From: Ruminococcus albus 7 = DSM 20455
Lineage (GTDB): Bacteria; Bacillota; Clostridia; Oscillospirales; Ruminococcaceae
NCBI RefSeq assembly: GCF_000179635.2
Contig: NC_014833.1
Coordinates: 1,290,001-1,322,000 of the forward strand
DNA length: 32,000 nt
Direction of reading: 5' to 3'
The translations under genes and the position numbers were made by a program. Under the pieces are notes generated by a model, which saw nothing but the letters and a program-made list of their open reading frames with translations, ran no database searches and was not told the DNA's origin. Shown here one piece after another: positions 17,476 through 26,200 of the stretch. The number at the start of each line of letters is the position of its first letter. Positions within the stretch are counted from its first letter, which is position 1.

Positions 17476-17484
17476 ATTATATCA
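17476..17484 (-). promoter_or_regulatory. Extended -10 promoter for the crRNA-like RNA
   Basis: The minus strand reads TGATATAAT. The predicted start is about 6-8 nt downstream, at the first bases of the degenerate repeat. Confidence 0.4.
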
Positions 17485-17534
17485 CATCAATAACACCAAA
17501 TGTGTAAATAAAATATTAATTTCACAATACGCTC

Positions 17535-17563
17535 TTGACAAATCGAATATCATCGTTTATAAT
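17535..17563 (+). promoter_or_regulatory. Promoter of cas5c-cas8c-cas7c-cas4-cas1-cas2
   Basis: Perfect TTGACA (17535-17540), a 17-nt spacer, then TATAAT (17558-17563). Confidence 0.6.
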
Positions 17564-17600
17564 TTATCTAGAATGAATTTTTAATATAATTTATCTAGAA
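17558..17600. promoter_or_regulatory. Tandem 16-bp direct repeat TATAATTTATCTAGAA x2; candidate Cascade or repressor operator sites
   Basis: Identical 16-mers at 17558-17573 and 17585-17600. On the minus strand each reads TTC-TAGATAAATTATA, that is, I-C PAM plus a seed match to the pseudo-spacer. Confidence 0.55.
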
Positions 17601-17620
17601 ATAAAAAAGGAGGTCGAGTG

Positions 17621-18370
17621 ATGAAAAAACACCGCAACACAGTAGAATTTTATGTTCATGGGAAATATGCACTTTTTTCCGATGTGCTGACCAGAGTAGG
17701 AGGCGAGAAATGCTCCTATACGATTCCCACCTATGAAGCCCTGAAAGGCATCCTGCAAAGTGTATATTTCAAGCCGACGATAACATGGTTCATTGACGAG
17801 GTGCGTATAATGAATCCCATCAAAACAGTGCGCAAGGGCATTCGTCCGATAAAGTATGACGGCGGAAACGATCTTGCATATTATACTTATCTAGAAGATG
17901 TCTGCTATCAGGTCAGAGCACACTTTGAGTGGAACATGAATCGTCCCGAACTTGAACAGGACAGGAACGAACACAAACACCACAACATTGCCAAACGAAT
18001 GATAGAACGCGGCGGTAGACGCGACATTTTTTTAGGGACCAGAGAGTGTCAAGCCTACGTTGAACCCTGCGTTTTCGGCGAAGGTGAGGGCGCTTATGAT
18101 AATGTCAGCATGGACATGGCATTCATGTACTACGGCATAATATATCCCGATGAAGCCGAAAAGGAAGAGGACAAGGGCTATATGACAGTATGTCTGTGGC
18201 AGCCGAAAATGAAAGACGGTATCATAGAATTTGTCCGCCCTTCCGAAATAGCCCCCGAACACAAACGGCATATCAAGAAGATGGAAATGAAGAAGTTTGG
18301 CAAAGAGCTGGATAATTTCACCGGACTTGAAGAATTTGAGGGAGGTGAGTTCGATGAGCTGGACGAATGA
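17621..18370 (+). CDS. cas5c: Cas5c (Cas5d) pre-crRNA endoribonuclease/Cascade subunit
   Basis: ATG at 17621, 6 nt after AAGGAGG. The track's start at 17618 is a GTG. The sequence NTVEFYVHGKYALFSD...PTYEALKGILQSVYFKP is typical of Cas5, I-C subtype. Confidence 0.9.
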   Translation: MKKHRNTVEFYVHGKYALFSDVLTRVGGEKCSYTIPTYEALKGILQSVYFKPTITWFIDEVRIMNPIKTVRKGIRPIKYDGGNDLAYYTYLEDVCYQVRAHFEWNMNRPELEQDRNEHKHHNIAKRMIERGGRRDIFLGTRECQAYVEPCVFGEGEGAYDNVSMDMAFMYYGIIYPDEAEKEEDKGYMTVCLWQPKMKDGIIEFVRPSEIAPEHKRHIKKMEMKKFGKELDNFTGLEEFEGGEFDELDE

Positions 18371-20195
18371 GTTGCTAGAAGTCTATAATAATGCAGTGAA
18401 GATAAAAGCTGAACCCAACAAACCAAAACTATTGCCAATTTCTCACACAATGGTCAAGGCTAATATCCATATTACGCTCACCGAGGACGGAGAATTGGAT
18501 AATACAGGAATTAAAGAGATTACTTCAGAAGATGATGAAAATACTATAATTCCTGATACAGGAAAAGCCAAGACCGGTATATATCCACCGCCTTATCCGC
18601 TAAATGAATCCTTGCGTTATCTGGCAGGAGATTTCAATGAATATATTTCAGATAATATTAAAAGTAATGAGCGAAATCATCAAGATTACATTGAACAGCT
18701 GAAGGATTGGAAGGATTCGGAATATTCACACCCTGCGCTAAATGCGATATACACCTATATTACAAAGAACACTTTGATATATGATTGTATTTGCAACAAT
18801 GTTTTGCTGCTCGATGATAAAACAGGAAAGCTGAAAGAAAAACAACTTGGCGTTAGCGTGGATAAATGCTTTGTCAGATTTTCTGTTCAATATGCAGATA
18901 TGCAGCATGAACCGAGAACATGGAAAGATGAAACATTATATAATTCTTTTATTGATTACCTCAATAGCAATGCCGTTGAAAAACGTCTTTGTTATGCGAC
19001 AGGTGATTATTTGCCAATAACATACACACACCCTTATGGTATCGTTAAGAGCAACGCTCGTGCAAAGCTGATATCCTCAAATGACGACAAAAACTATACT
19101 TATCGTGGGCGTTTTTCTACTAAAGAAGAAGCTTTCGCTGTAAGCTATGACTATTCTCAGAAAGTACACAACGCACTCAAATGGCTTATCGGAAGACAAA
19201 GTTTTTCTTTTGATTCACTTACGCTCGTTGTCTGGAACAGCGCCCTTGACTTTGTGCCAAACATCACGGAAAATGTCTGGGGTGATGTTGAAATTGAAGA
19301 ATACAGCTCAAAACCTATATTTTCAGAAATGCTGCGCAAAAACATCTTGGGCGGCAAGGCGGAATTTGACCCCAATAGCAAGGTCATGGTAATGGGACTT
19401 GACGCGGCAACTACAGGCAGACTTTCGATATCAATGTATACCGAACTGGCAGAATCTGAATTTGCTAAATATTTAGAATTTTGGCACACCTCAACAGCAT
19501 GGAAAAGAAAGAAATATATCAAAGATAAATATGAGTATATTTTGGATTCCTGCAGCTTACCGCAGATCGCAAACTGCCTTTACGGAACCGAACAGAACGG
19601 ACGCCTGGAATGTGACAAGAAAGTATTGGGCGACACCATACTTCGACTGCTGCCCTGTGTTACTGAACGCCGAAAGCTGCCGCGGGATATAGTTCAAACC
19701 ATATGCAATAAAGCATCGAACCCGCTTGCATTTGATAAAGAATACAACCACATGATGATCGTTGAAAATGCCTGTGCGCTGATACGCAAGGAATATTCAG
19801 ACTATAATAAAGGAGAGATAAAAATGGCATACGACCCCACTTGTACCGACAGAAGCTATCTTTTCGGATGCCTGCTGGCTATTGCAGATAAGGCTGAAAG
19901 AGACACCTATGAAAAAGACGAGAAACGCATCACCAATGCCAGAAGATACTGGAACGCATTTTCATCAAGACCGTATCAGACATGGCAGATAATAGAAGAA
20001 AAAATCGAACCGTATCTTGAGAAAGATCCCCGGCTGATGACGAAATACACCAAACACATCAATGATATAATGGCGAAAATGTCTCCCGACACCTTTAAGG
20101 ATAACAGCAAACTCTCGCCTTTGTATCTCATAGGCTTTCATCACTATAACACACTGCTTTGGAAAGGCAGCGAAGATAATAACAAGGAGGAATAA
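18354..20195 (+). CDS. cas8c: Cas8c (Csd1) large subunit
   Basis: The preferred start is the ATG at 18354 (MSWTNELLEVYNN...) after GGAGG. About 613 aa, and positioned between cas5c and cas7c. Confidence 0.9.
   Translation: MSWTNELLEVYNNAVKIKAEPNKPKLLPISHTMVKANIHITLTEDGELDNTGIKEITSEDDENTIIPDTGKAKTGIYPPPYPLNESLRYLAGDFNEYISDNIKSNERNHQDYIEQLKDWKDSEYSHPALNAIYTYITKNTLIYDCICNNVLLLDDKTGKLKEKQLGVSVDKCFVRFSVQYADMQHEPRTWKDETLYNSFIDYLNSNAVEKRLCYATGDYLPITYTHPYGIVKSNARAKLISSNDDKNYTYRGRFSTKEEAFAVSYDYSQKVHNALKWLIGRQSFSFDSLTLVVWNSALDFVPNITENVWGDVEIEEYSSKPIFSEMLRKNILGGKAEFDPNSKVMVMGLDAATTGRLSISMYTELAESEFAKYLEFWHTSTAWKRKKYIKDKYEYILDSCSLPQIANCLYGTEQNGRLECDKKVLGDTILRLLPCVTERRKLPRDIVQTICNKASNPLAFDKEYNHMMIVENACALIRKEYSDYNKGEIKMAYDPTCTDRSYLFGCLLAIADKAERDTYEKDEKRITNARRYWNAFSSRPYQTWQIIEEKIEPYLEKDPRLMTKYTKHINDIMAKMSPDTFKDNSKLSPLYLIGFHHYNTLLWKGSEDNNKEE
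19824..20195 (+). CDS. cas11c: Candidate internally translated Cas11c small subunit (in frame within cas8c)
   Basis: In-frame ATG at 19824, preceded by AAAGGAGAG (19809-19817). It would give a 123-aa product, MAYDPTCTDRSYLFGCLLAIADKAE... Confidence 0.45.
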   Translation: MAYDPTCTDRSYLFGCLLAIADKAERDTYEKDEKRITNARRYWNAFSSRPYQTWQIIEEKIEPYLEKDPRLMTKYTKHINDIMAKMSPDTFKDNSKLSPLYLIGFHHYNTLLWKGSEDNNKEE

Positions 20196-20198
20196 AAA

Positions 20199-21056
20199 AT
20201 GGCTGTACTTCAGAACAAGATAGATTTTTCGGTAATACTGACTGCTAAGAATGCAAATCCCAACGGTGACCCTCTCAATGGCAACCGCCCCAGAGAAAAC
20301 TATGACGGTTTCGGCGAGATAAGCGATGTATGCATAAAGAGAAAGATACGCAACCGTTTGCAGGATATGGGCGAAAAGATATTCGTGCAGTCGGATGACA
20401 GGTGCGGAGATGGATTCAAGAGCCTGCATGACAGAGCTAAGGGATGCGAAACTCTTGCTGCACTGAGCAAGGCAAAGAATACTGACCGCGATGAATACGC
20501 AAAGGCAGCCTGTGCTGAATGGATAGATGTCCGCAGTTTCGGGCAGGTGTTCGCATTCAAGGGCGACTCTGTTTCTGTCGGAGTTCGCGGTCCTGTATCC
20601 ATTCAGATGGCTGAAAGCATCTCGCCTGTGGATATAGTAAGTATGCAGATAACCAAAAGTGTCAACGGCGAAAGCGGAAAAGAAAGCAAAGCATCAGACA
20701 CAATGGGCTCAAAGCACCGAGTTGACTTCGGTCTGTACGTTTTCCACGGCAGCATAAATGTTCAGCTTGCCGAAAAGACAGGCTTTACCGAAGAAGATGC
20801 CGAAAAAATACATGAAGCACTTGAAACACTGTTTGAAAACGACTGTTCCTCTGCAAGACCCGAGGGAAGTATGGAAGTTAGACGAGTTTACTGGTACAAA
20901 CATGAATGCAAGACCCCTACGAACTCCTCAGCAAAAGTACATCGTCTGCTGAAAGTGACACTTAGGGACGGCATTGACAGACCAAAATGTTTTGAAGATT
21001 ATGATATAACTCTTGATAAGCTGGAGGGACTTGACCCTGAGATATTCGAGGGCTGA
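20199..21056 (+). CDS. cas7c: Cas7c (Csd2) backbone subunit
   Basis: 285 aa. Contains NANPNGDPLNGNRPR...DVCIKRKIRN, typical of Cas7 in I-C. SD AAGGAGGAA. Confidence 0.92.
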   Translation: MAVLQNKIDFSVILTAKNANPNGDPLNGNRPRENYDGFGEISDVCIKRKIRNRLQDMGEKIFVQSDDRCGDGFKSLHDRAKGCETLAALSKAKNTDRDEYAKAACAEWIDVRSFGQVFAFKGDSVSVGVRGPVSIQMAESISPVDIVSMQITKSVNGESGKESKASDTMGSKHRVDFGLYVFHGSINVQLAEKTGFTEEDAEKIHEALETLFENDCSSARPEGSMEVRRVYWYKHECKTPTNSSAKVHRLLKVTLRDGIDRPKCFEDYDITLDKLEGLDPEIFEG

Positions 21057-21057
21057 T

Positions 21058-21717
21058 ATGTATAGCGAAGACGAATACCTGATGCTCTCGGGGATACAGC
21101 ATTTCGTGTTTTGCAGAAGACAGTGGGCACTGATACATATCGAGCAGCAGTGGGAAGAAAACTACCGCACAGCTGACGGTCAGGTCATGCACAGAAATGT
21201 GCATGATGCTGATTTCCATGAAAAACGCGGCAATACGATCATCACAAGAGCTATGGCGGTGTCATCATCAAAACTTGGTATAAGCGGTGAATGTGATGTT
21301 GTAGAATTTCATGGCTGCAAAAACGGTATAGGGCTTTTCGGCGTAGAAGGCAGATATGAAGTCATACCAATTGAATACAAAAGAGGTTCTCCTAAAGAGA
21401 ACGACAGTGATATTATGCAGCTGGCAGCACAGGCTATGTGTCTTGAAGAGATGCTTTGCTGTACTATAGATACAGGCTATCTCTATTATGGTGAAACACA
21501 CAGACGTACAAAGGTAATTATAGATGCTGAACTTCGTGAACGTACTGAAAAAGCCATCGAAGAGATGCATGAACTATACCGAAAAAAGTATACTCCAAAA
21601 GTCAAACGTACAAAAGCCTGCAATGCCTGTTCGCTTAAAAATATCTGTCTGCCTGTGCTATGCTCTAAGAAAAGCGCAGCAGACTATATAAAAGATATGC
21701 TGGGAAAGGAGGAATGA
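21058..21717 (+). CDS. cas4: Cas4 (RecB-like nuclease with a C-terminal Fe-S Cys cluster)
   Basis: ATG at 21058 (MYSEDEYLMLSGIQHFVFCRRQWALIHIE...). Contains IEYKRG and a C-terminal CNACSLKNICLP. The track's start at 21013 is a TTG inside cas7c. Confidence 0.9.
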   Translation: MYSEDEYLMLSGIQHFVFCRRQWALIHIEQQWEENYRTADGQVMHRNVHDADFHEKRGNTIITRAMAVSSSKLGISGECDVVEFHGCKNGIGLFGVEGRYEVIPIEYKRGSPKENDSDIMQLAAQAMCLEEMLCCTIDTGYLYYGETHRRTKVIIDAELRERTEKAIEEMHELYRKKYTPKVKRTKACNACSLKNICLPVLCSKKSAADYIKDMLGKEE

Positions 21718-21718
21718 A

Positions 21719-22750
21719 ATGAGAAAACTGCTTAATACACTTTACATAACTTCTCCTGACAGATATCTTTCTCTTGATGGAGAAAATGTCGTGGTACAAG
21801 CTGATGGCAAGGAGATAGGAAGAGTACCGCTCCATAATCTTGAACGGATAATGACATTCGGATATACCGGCGCAAGCCCTGCGCTCATGGGTAAATGTGC
21901 TGCTAATGGAATCGAACTGATCTTTATGAGCGGGAGCGGAAAATTTCTTGCGAGGGTCGAGGGCGAGGTAAATGGAAACGTGCTGTTAAGGAGACAGCAG
22001 TACAGGTACGCTGATGAATCAAAAGTAAGTCTCGATATATCCAAAAACATAATTTGCGCCAAACTTTTCAACAGCCGATGGACTATCGAGCGCACGCTCA
22101 GAGATCACCCGATGCGTATAGATGCCGATAAATTCGATAACTGCTCACAGCAACTGAAAAAGTCGATAGATAATGCACGAAAAGCAGACGATATCGACAC
22201 CCTTAGAGGTATCGAAGGTGAAGCAGCACAGATATATTTTTCAGTATTTGATGATATGATATTGCAGCAAAAGGACGACTTTTCATTTAAGACCAGAAAT
22301 AAACGTCCGCCAAAAGATACTGTGAATGCTCTTCTTTCATTTGCATACTCGCTTGCTACAAGTATGTGTACATCTGCATTGGAAGCAGTTGGACTTGACC
22401 CTTACGTGGGTTTTATGCACACTGACCGTCCCGGAAGAAGATCGTTGGCTCTCGACTTAGTGGAGGAGATGCGATCGCCGCTGTGCGACAGATTTGTTCT
22501 GACTGTTATAAACAAAAAGATCATATCTGCTCACGATCTTGAAAAGCGTGAAGATGGCGCCGTGATCCTTACAGATAACGGAAGACGTGCGTTTATCACA
22601 GCCTGGCAGAAACGAAAAGACGATGAGCTGAAACACCCTTTTCTTGATGAAAAGATAGAATGGGGAACGGTTCCATACGCCCAGGCGCTTCTGCTGGCAA
22701 GATATATAAGAGGCGATCTCGACGCTTATCCTCCTTTTATGTGGAAGTGA
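21719..22750 (+). CDS. cas1: Cas1 integrase
   Basis: 343 aa. Contains LYITSPDRYLSLDGENVVV... and LDPYVGFMHTDRPGRRSLALDLVEEMR. Confidence 0.95.
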   Translation: MRKLLNTLYITSPDRYLSLDGENVVVQADGKEIGRVPLHNLERIMTFGYTGASPALMGKCAANGIELIFMSGSGKFLARVEGEVNGNVLLRRQQYRYADESKVSLDISKNIICAKLFNSRWTIERTLRDHPMRIDADKFDNCSQQLKKSIDNARKADDIDTLRGIEGEAAQIYFSVFDDMILQQKDDFSFKTRNKRPPKDTVNALLSFAYSLATSMCTSALEAVGLDPYVGFMHTDRPGRRSLALDLVEEMRSPLCDRFVLTVINKKIISAHDLEKREDGAVILTDNGRRAFITAWQKRKDDELKHPFLDEKIEWGTVPYAQALLLARYIRGDLDAYPPFMWK

Positions 22751-22754
22751 TATT

Positions 22755-23045
22755 ATGCTGGTATTGATAACTTATGATGTCAGCACGGCAGACAATGCAG
22801 GAAAAAAACGCCTGCGTCGTGTTGCAAAACAATGTGTAAACTACGGAGTGCGAGTTCAGAATTCGGTTTTTGAATGTGAACTTGACCCTGCACAATGCAG
22901 ACTTCTGAAACAAAAGCTAACTGAAGAAATAGATGAAACAAAAGATAGTTTGCGCTTCTACTATCTTGGCAATATCAAAAAAGCCAAGGTGGAACACGTC
23001 GGTTCAAAACAGACACTCAAAGTCGATGAGCCGCTAATTTTCTGA
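22755..23045 (+). CDS. cas2: Cas2
   Basis: 96 aa. Contains MLVLITYDVSTADNAGKKRLRRVAKQCVNYGVRVQNSVFEC. Confidence 0.95.
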   Translation: MLVLITYDVSTADNAGKKRLRRVAKQCVNYGVRVQNSVFECELDPAQCRLLKQKLTEEIDETKDSLRFYYLGNIKKAKVEHVGSKQTLKVDEPLIF

Positions 23046-23205
23046 TGCGAATCACAAGTTTCCATAAAACTTCAGGTGTATTCGCACCGAAATAATGTTC
23101 GTTTTTTCGTTATATTCAACTCTGCTGAATAAATGATGAAACGATTATTGTCAAAAATGTTCGATTCCGTAGCTGCTGATTTTTACGGAAATGTTCATTT
23201 TTGCT
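23046..23205 (+). promoter_or_regulatory. CRISPR leader
   Basis: AT-rich 160 nt between cas2 and the first repeat. It contains three copies of AATGTTC. No convincing -35/-10 pair was identified by eye. Confidence 0.6.
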
Positions 23206-26200
23206 GTCTCTCCCCACACGGGGAGAGTGGATTGAAATTCGTCACAAGGTAGCAAGACTGCGTGTTGAGAAGTCTCTCCCCACACGGGGAGAGTGGATTG
23301 AAATTAGCATAGCCTTATCATTACAATTAAGTTTGCTAGTCTCTCCCCACACGGGGAGAGTGGATTGAAATTGTCCTGCAAGTATCTGTGCGGTCTGTGC
23401 TGTCTGGTCTCTCCCCACACGGGGAGAGTGGATTGAAATTGTGAGTTGTTGAGCCAAGGGTAGAGGTAATCCAGTCTCTCCCCACACGGGGAGAGTGGAT
23501 TGAAATTGCAGACCAACGTTCTCGCGCTGTGCCTGTGCCAGTCTCTCCCCACACGGGGAGAGTGGATTGAAATCGACCTCTCACATAGCTATCTATGGTA
23601 TCGCATAGTCTCTCCCCACACGGGGAGAGTGGATTGAAATTCGATACACTGCTTGATAATCTTACCGTGTTATGGTCTCTCCCCACACGGGGAGAGTGGA
23701 TTGAAATTGCAGACCAACGTTCTCGCGCTGTGCCTGTGCCAGTCTCTCCCCACACGGGGAGAGTGGATTGAAATTGCCATTCAAGGTCAAAGTATATCGG
23801 ATATTCAGTCTCTCCCCACACGGGGAGAGTGGATTGAAATATAGCGTGTGCCGTTCTGCTTTACCTTATCAACGGGTCTCTCCCCACACGGGGAGAGTGG
23901 ATTGAAATGCAAGGGTGCGGATGATCTTCGTGGGTATCTGATGTCTCTCCCCACACGGGGAGAGTGGATTGAAATGACTGCACAGCCCATAAGTATCTCG
24001 GGGCAGTGAACGTCTCTCCCCACACGGGGAGAGTGGATTGAAATTGCGGCTTTGGTGCGCACCTAGAAAAAGGTGAAGGGTCTCTCCCCACACGGGGAGA
24101 GTGGATTGAAATAACGCTGTGATGATCTGCAGGATAACGCGGAAGTCGTCTCTCCCCACACGGGGAGAGTGGATTGAAATAGCGGTAGAATATCGCGGTT
24201 GATAGCCTCGATCGTCTCTCCCCACACGGGGAGAGTGGATTGAAATTATCGTCCAGAAAAACATAGCATAAGCCTGTGGCAGTCTCTCCCCACACGGGGA
24301 GAGTGGATTGAAATTCTCTGCCCTTAGGTTTGCAATAAACGTTTCCCGTCTCTCCCCACACGGGGAGAGTGGATTGAAATAAGATATCCCTGTATCTGAT
24401 TTCCAAAGCTTACAGTCTCTCCCCACACGGGGAGAGTGGATTGAAATTATGCCCTCCCGCTTGGTGTGCTCTATCTTCCGCTTCGTCTCTCCCCACACGG
24501 GGAGAGTGGATTGAAATAGTTATATAATGCTTTGTGCCGTTCTTATCTTCGTCTCTCCCCACACGGGGAGAGTGGATTGAAATCATAGCGTAACAATTGC
24601 CGCTATCAAGCCCGCTATGTCTCTCCCCACACGGGGAGAGTGGATTGAAATAACCTTAGAGAACACGCCACCTTCGCCGAGGATGAGTCTCTCCCCACAC
24701 GGGGAGAGTGGATTGAAATGTTAACAACAAGCACCGTTTTATCGTACTCAGGGTCTCTCCCCACACGGGGAGAGTGGATTGAAATGTGATACAAATCAAC
24801 CACTTCGGAGGCGGTTATCGGTCTCTCCCCACACGGGGAGAGTGGATTGAAATTGTGTCTGACAGGTTGCGAGCCTGTTGTCACAGCAGGTCTCTCCCCA
24901 CACGGGGAGAGTGGATTGAAATTTGTACGGTACCACATACGCGAAACCAAGTGTCTGTCTCTCCCCACACGGGGAGAGTGGATTGAAATTTGAAGTGAAC
25001 ATTTTTGAATAAATCGCGTTTGTAGTCTCTCCCCACACGGGGAGAGTGGATTGAAATAATTTCGTAGTGCTATCAGCGCAATAACTGTAACGTCTCTCCC
25101 CACACGGGGAGAGTGGATTGAAATTTGCATGAGTTTAAGAGGGAGCAAAAATAAATGACAGTCTCTCCCCACACGGGGAGAGTGGATTGAAATTCCGTAG
25201 AAAACATTGTAAAAATTTCGGGCGTGGCGTCTCTCCCCACACGGGGAGAGTGGATTGAAATCGCTTGCGCCTGTGCAAGTGCGTTTTGTGCCTTTTGTCT
25301 CTCCCCACACGGGGAGAGTGGATTGAAATAGCTAATGCTATATCGTAAGTTTGAGCCAACACTGTCTCTCCCCACACGGGGAGAGTGGATTGAAATACAA
25401 CGGTGTGTTTGTTTTTCCCCCGAATTTGATAGTCTCTCCCCACACGGGGAGAGTGGATTGAAATACTAGCAATATGACAACGGAAGAAACCGTAAACCGT
25501 CTCTCCCCACACGGGGAGAGTGGATTGAAATTGTTTACATACGCATTATATCACATATTTGCCCGGTCTCTCCCCACACGGGGAGAGTGGATTGAAATTC
25601 TTAACGCGTCCATTTCTTCCGCTGTCGCGCCCGTCTCTCCCCACACGGGGAGAGTGGATTGAAATTATCGTGTACGATATTTTCCGTATCGGAAATCTTG
25701 TCTCTCTCCACACGGGGAGAGTGGATTGAAATACTTAACGCGGCTTGATACTGTTCGGGTGTCAAGTCTCTCCCCACACGGGGAGAGTGGATTGAAATGA
25801 CCGTCCAATTATTTTCTTTCATAGCCTTTTCGTCTCTCCCCACACGGGGAGAGTGGATTGAAATGATAACCCACAAACTTTTAATATATCTATAATTTGT
25901 CTCTCCCCACACGGGGAGAGTGGATTGAAATACGTTCACACCCCCACAAATGAATTTTTGTAGTGTCTCTCCCCACACGGGGAGAGTGGATTGAAATTGT
26001 GTTCACGCCCGCTTTTTCCATTTGTGCAATTAGTCTCTCCCCACACGGGGAGAGTGGATTGAAATGTATGATTGCACATAAAACGTGTGGAAAAATTGTT
26101 GTCTCTCCCCACACGGGGAGAGTGGATTGAAATGTCCACGCGGTTGTGAATGTGGTTTTAAACCACGTGTCTCTCCCCACACGGGGAGAGTGGATTGAAA

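Noticed and set aside
23046-23110. Imperfect hairpins just after cas2 (TGCGAATCAC...GTGTATTCGCA and CGAA...TTCG plus a T-run) as a cas2 terminator
   Set aside because: The stems are short or mismatched, and a terminator here would conflict with leader and array transcription. It is left unannotated.
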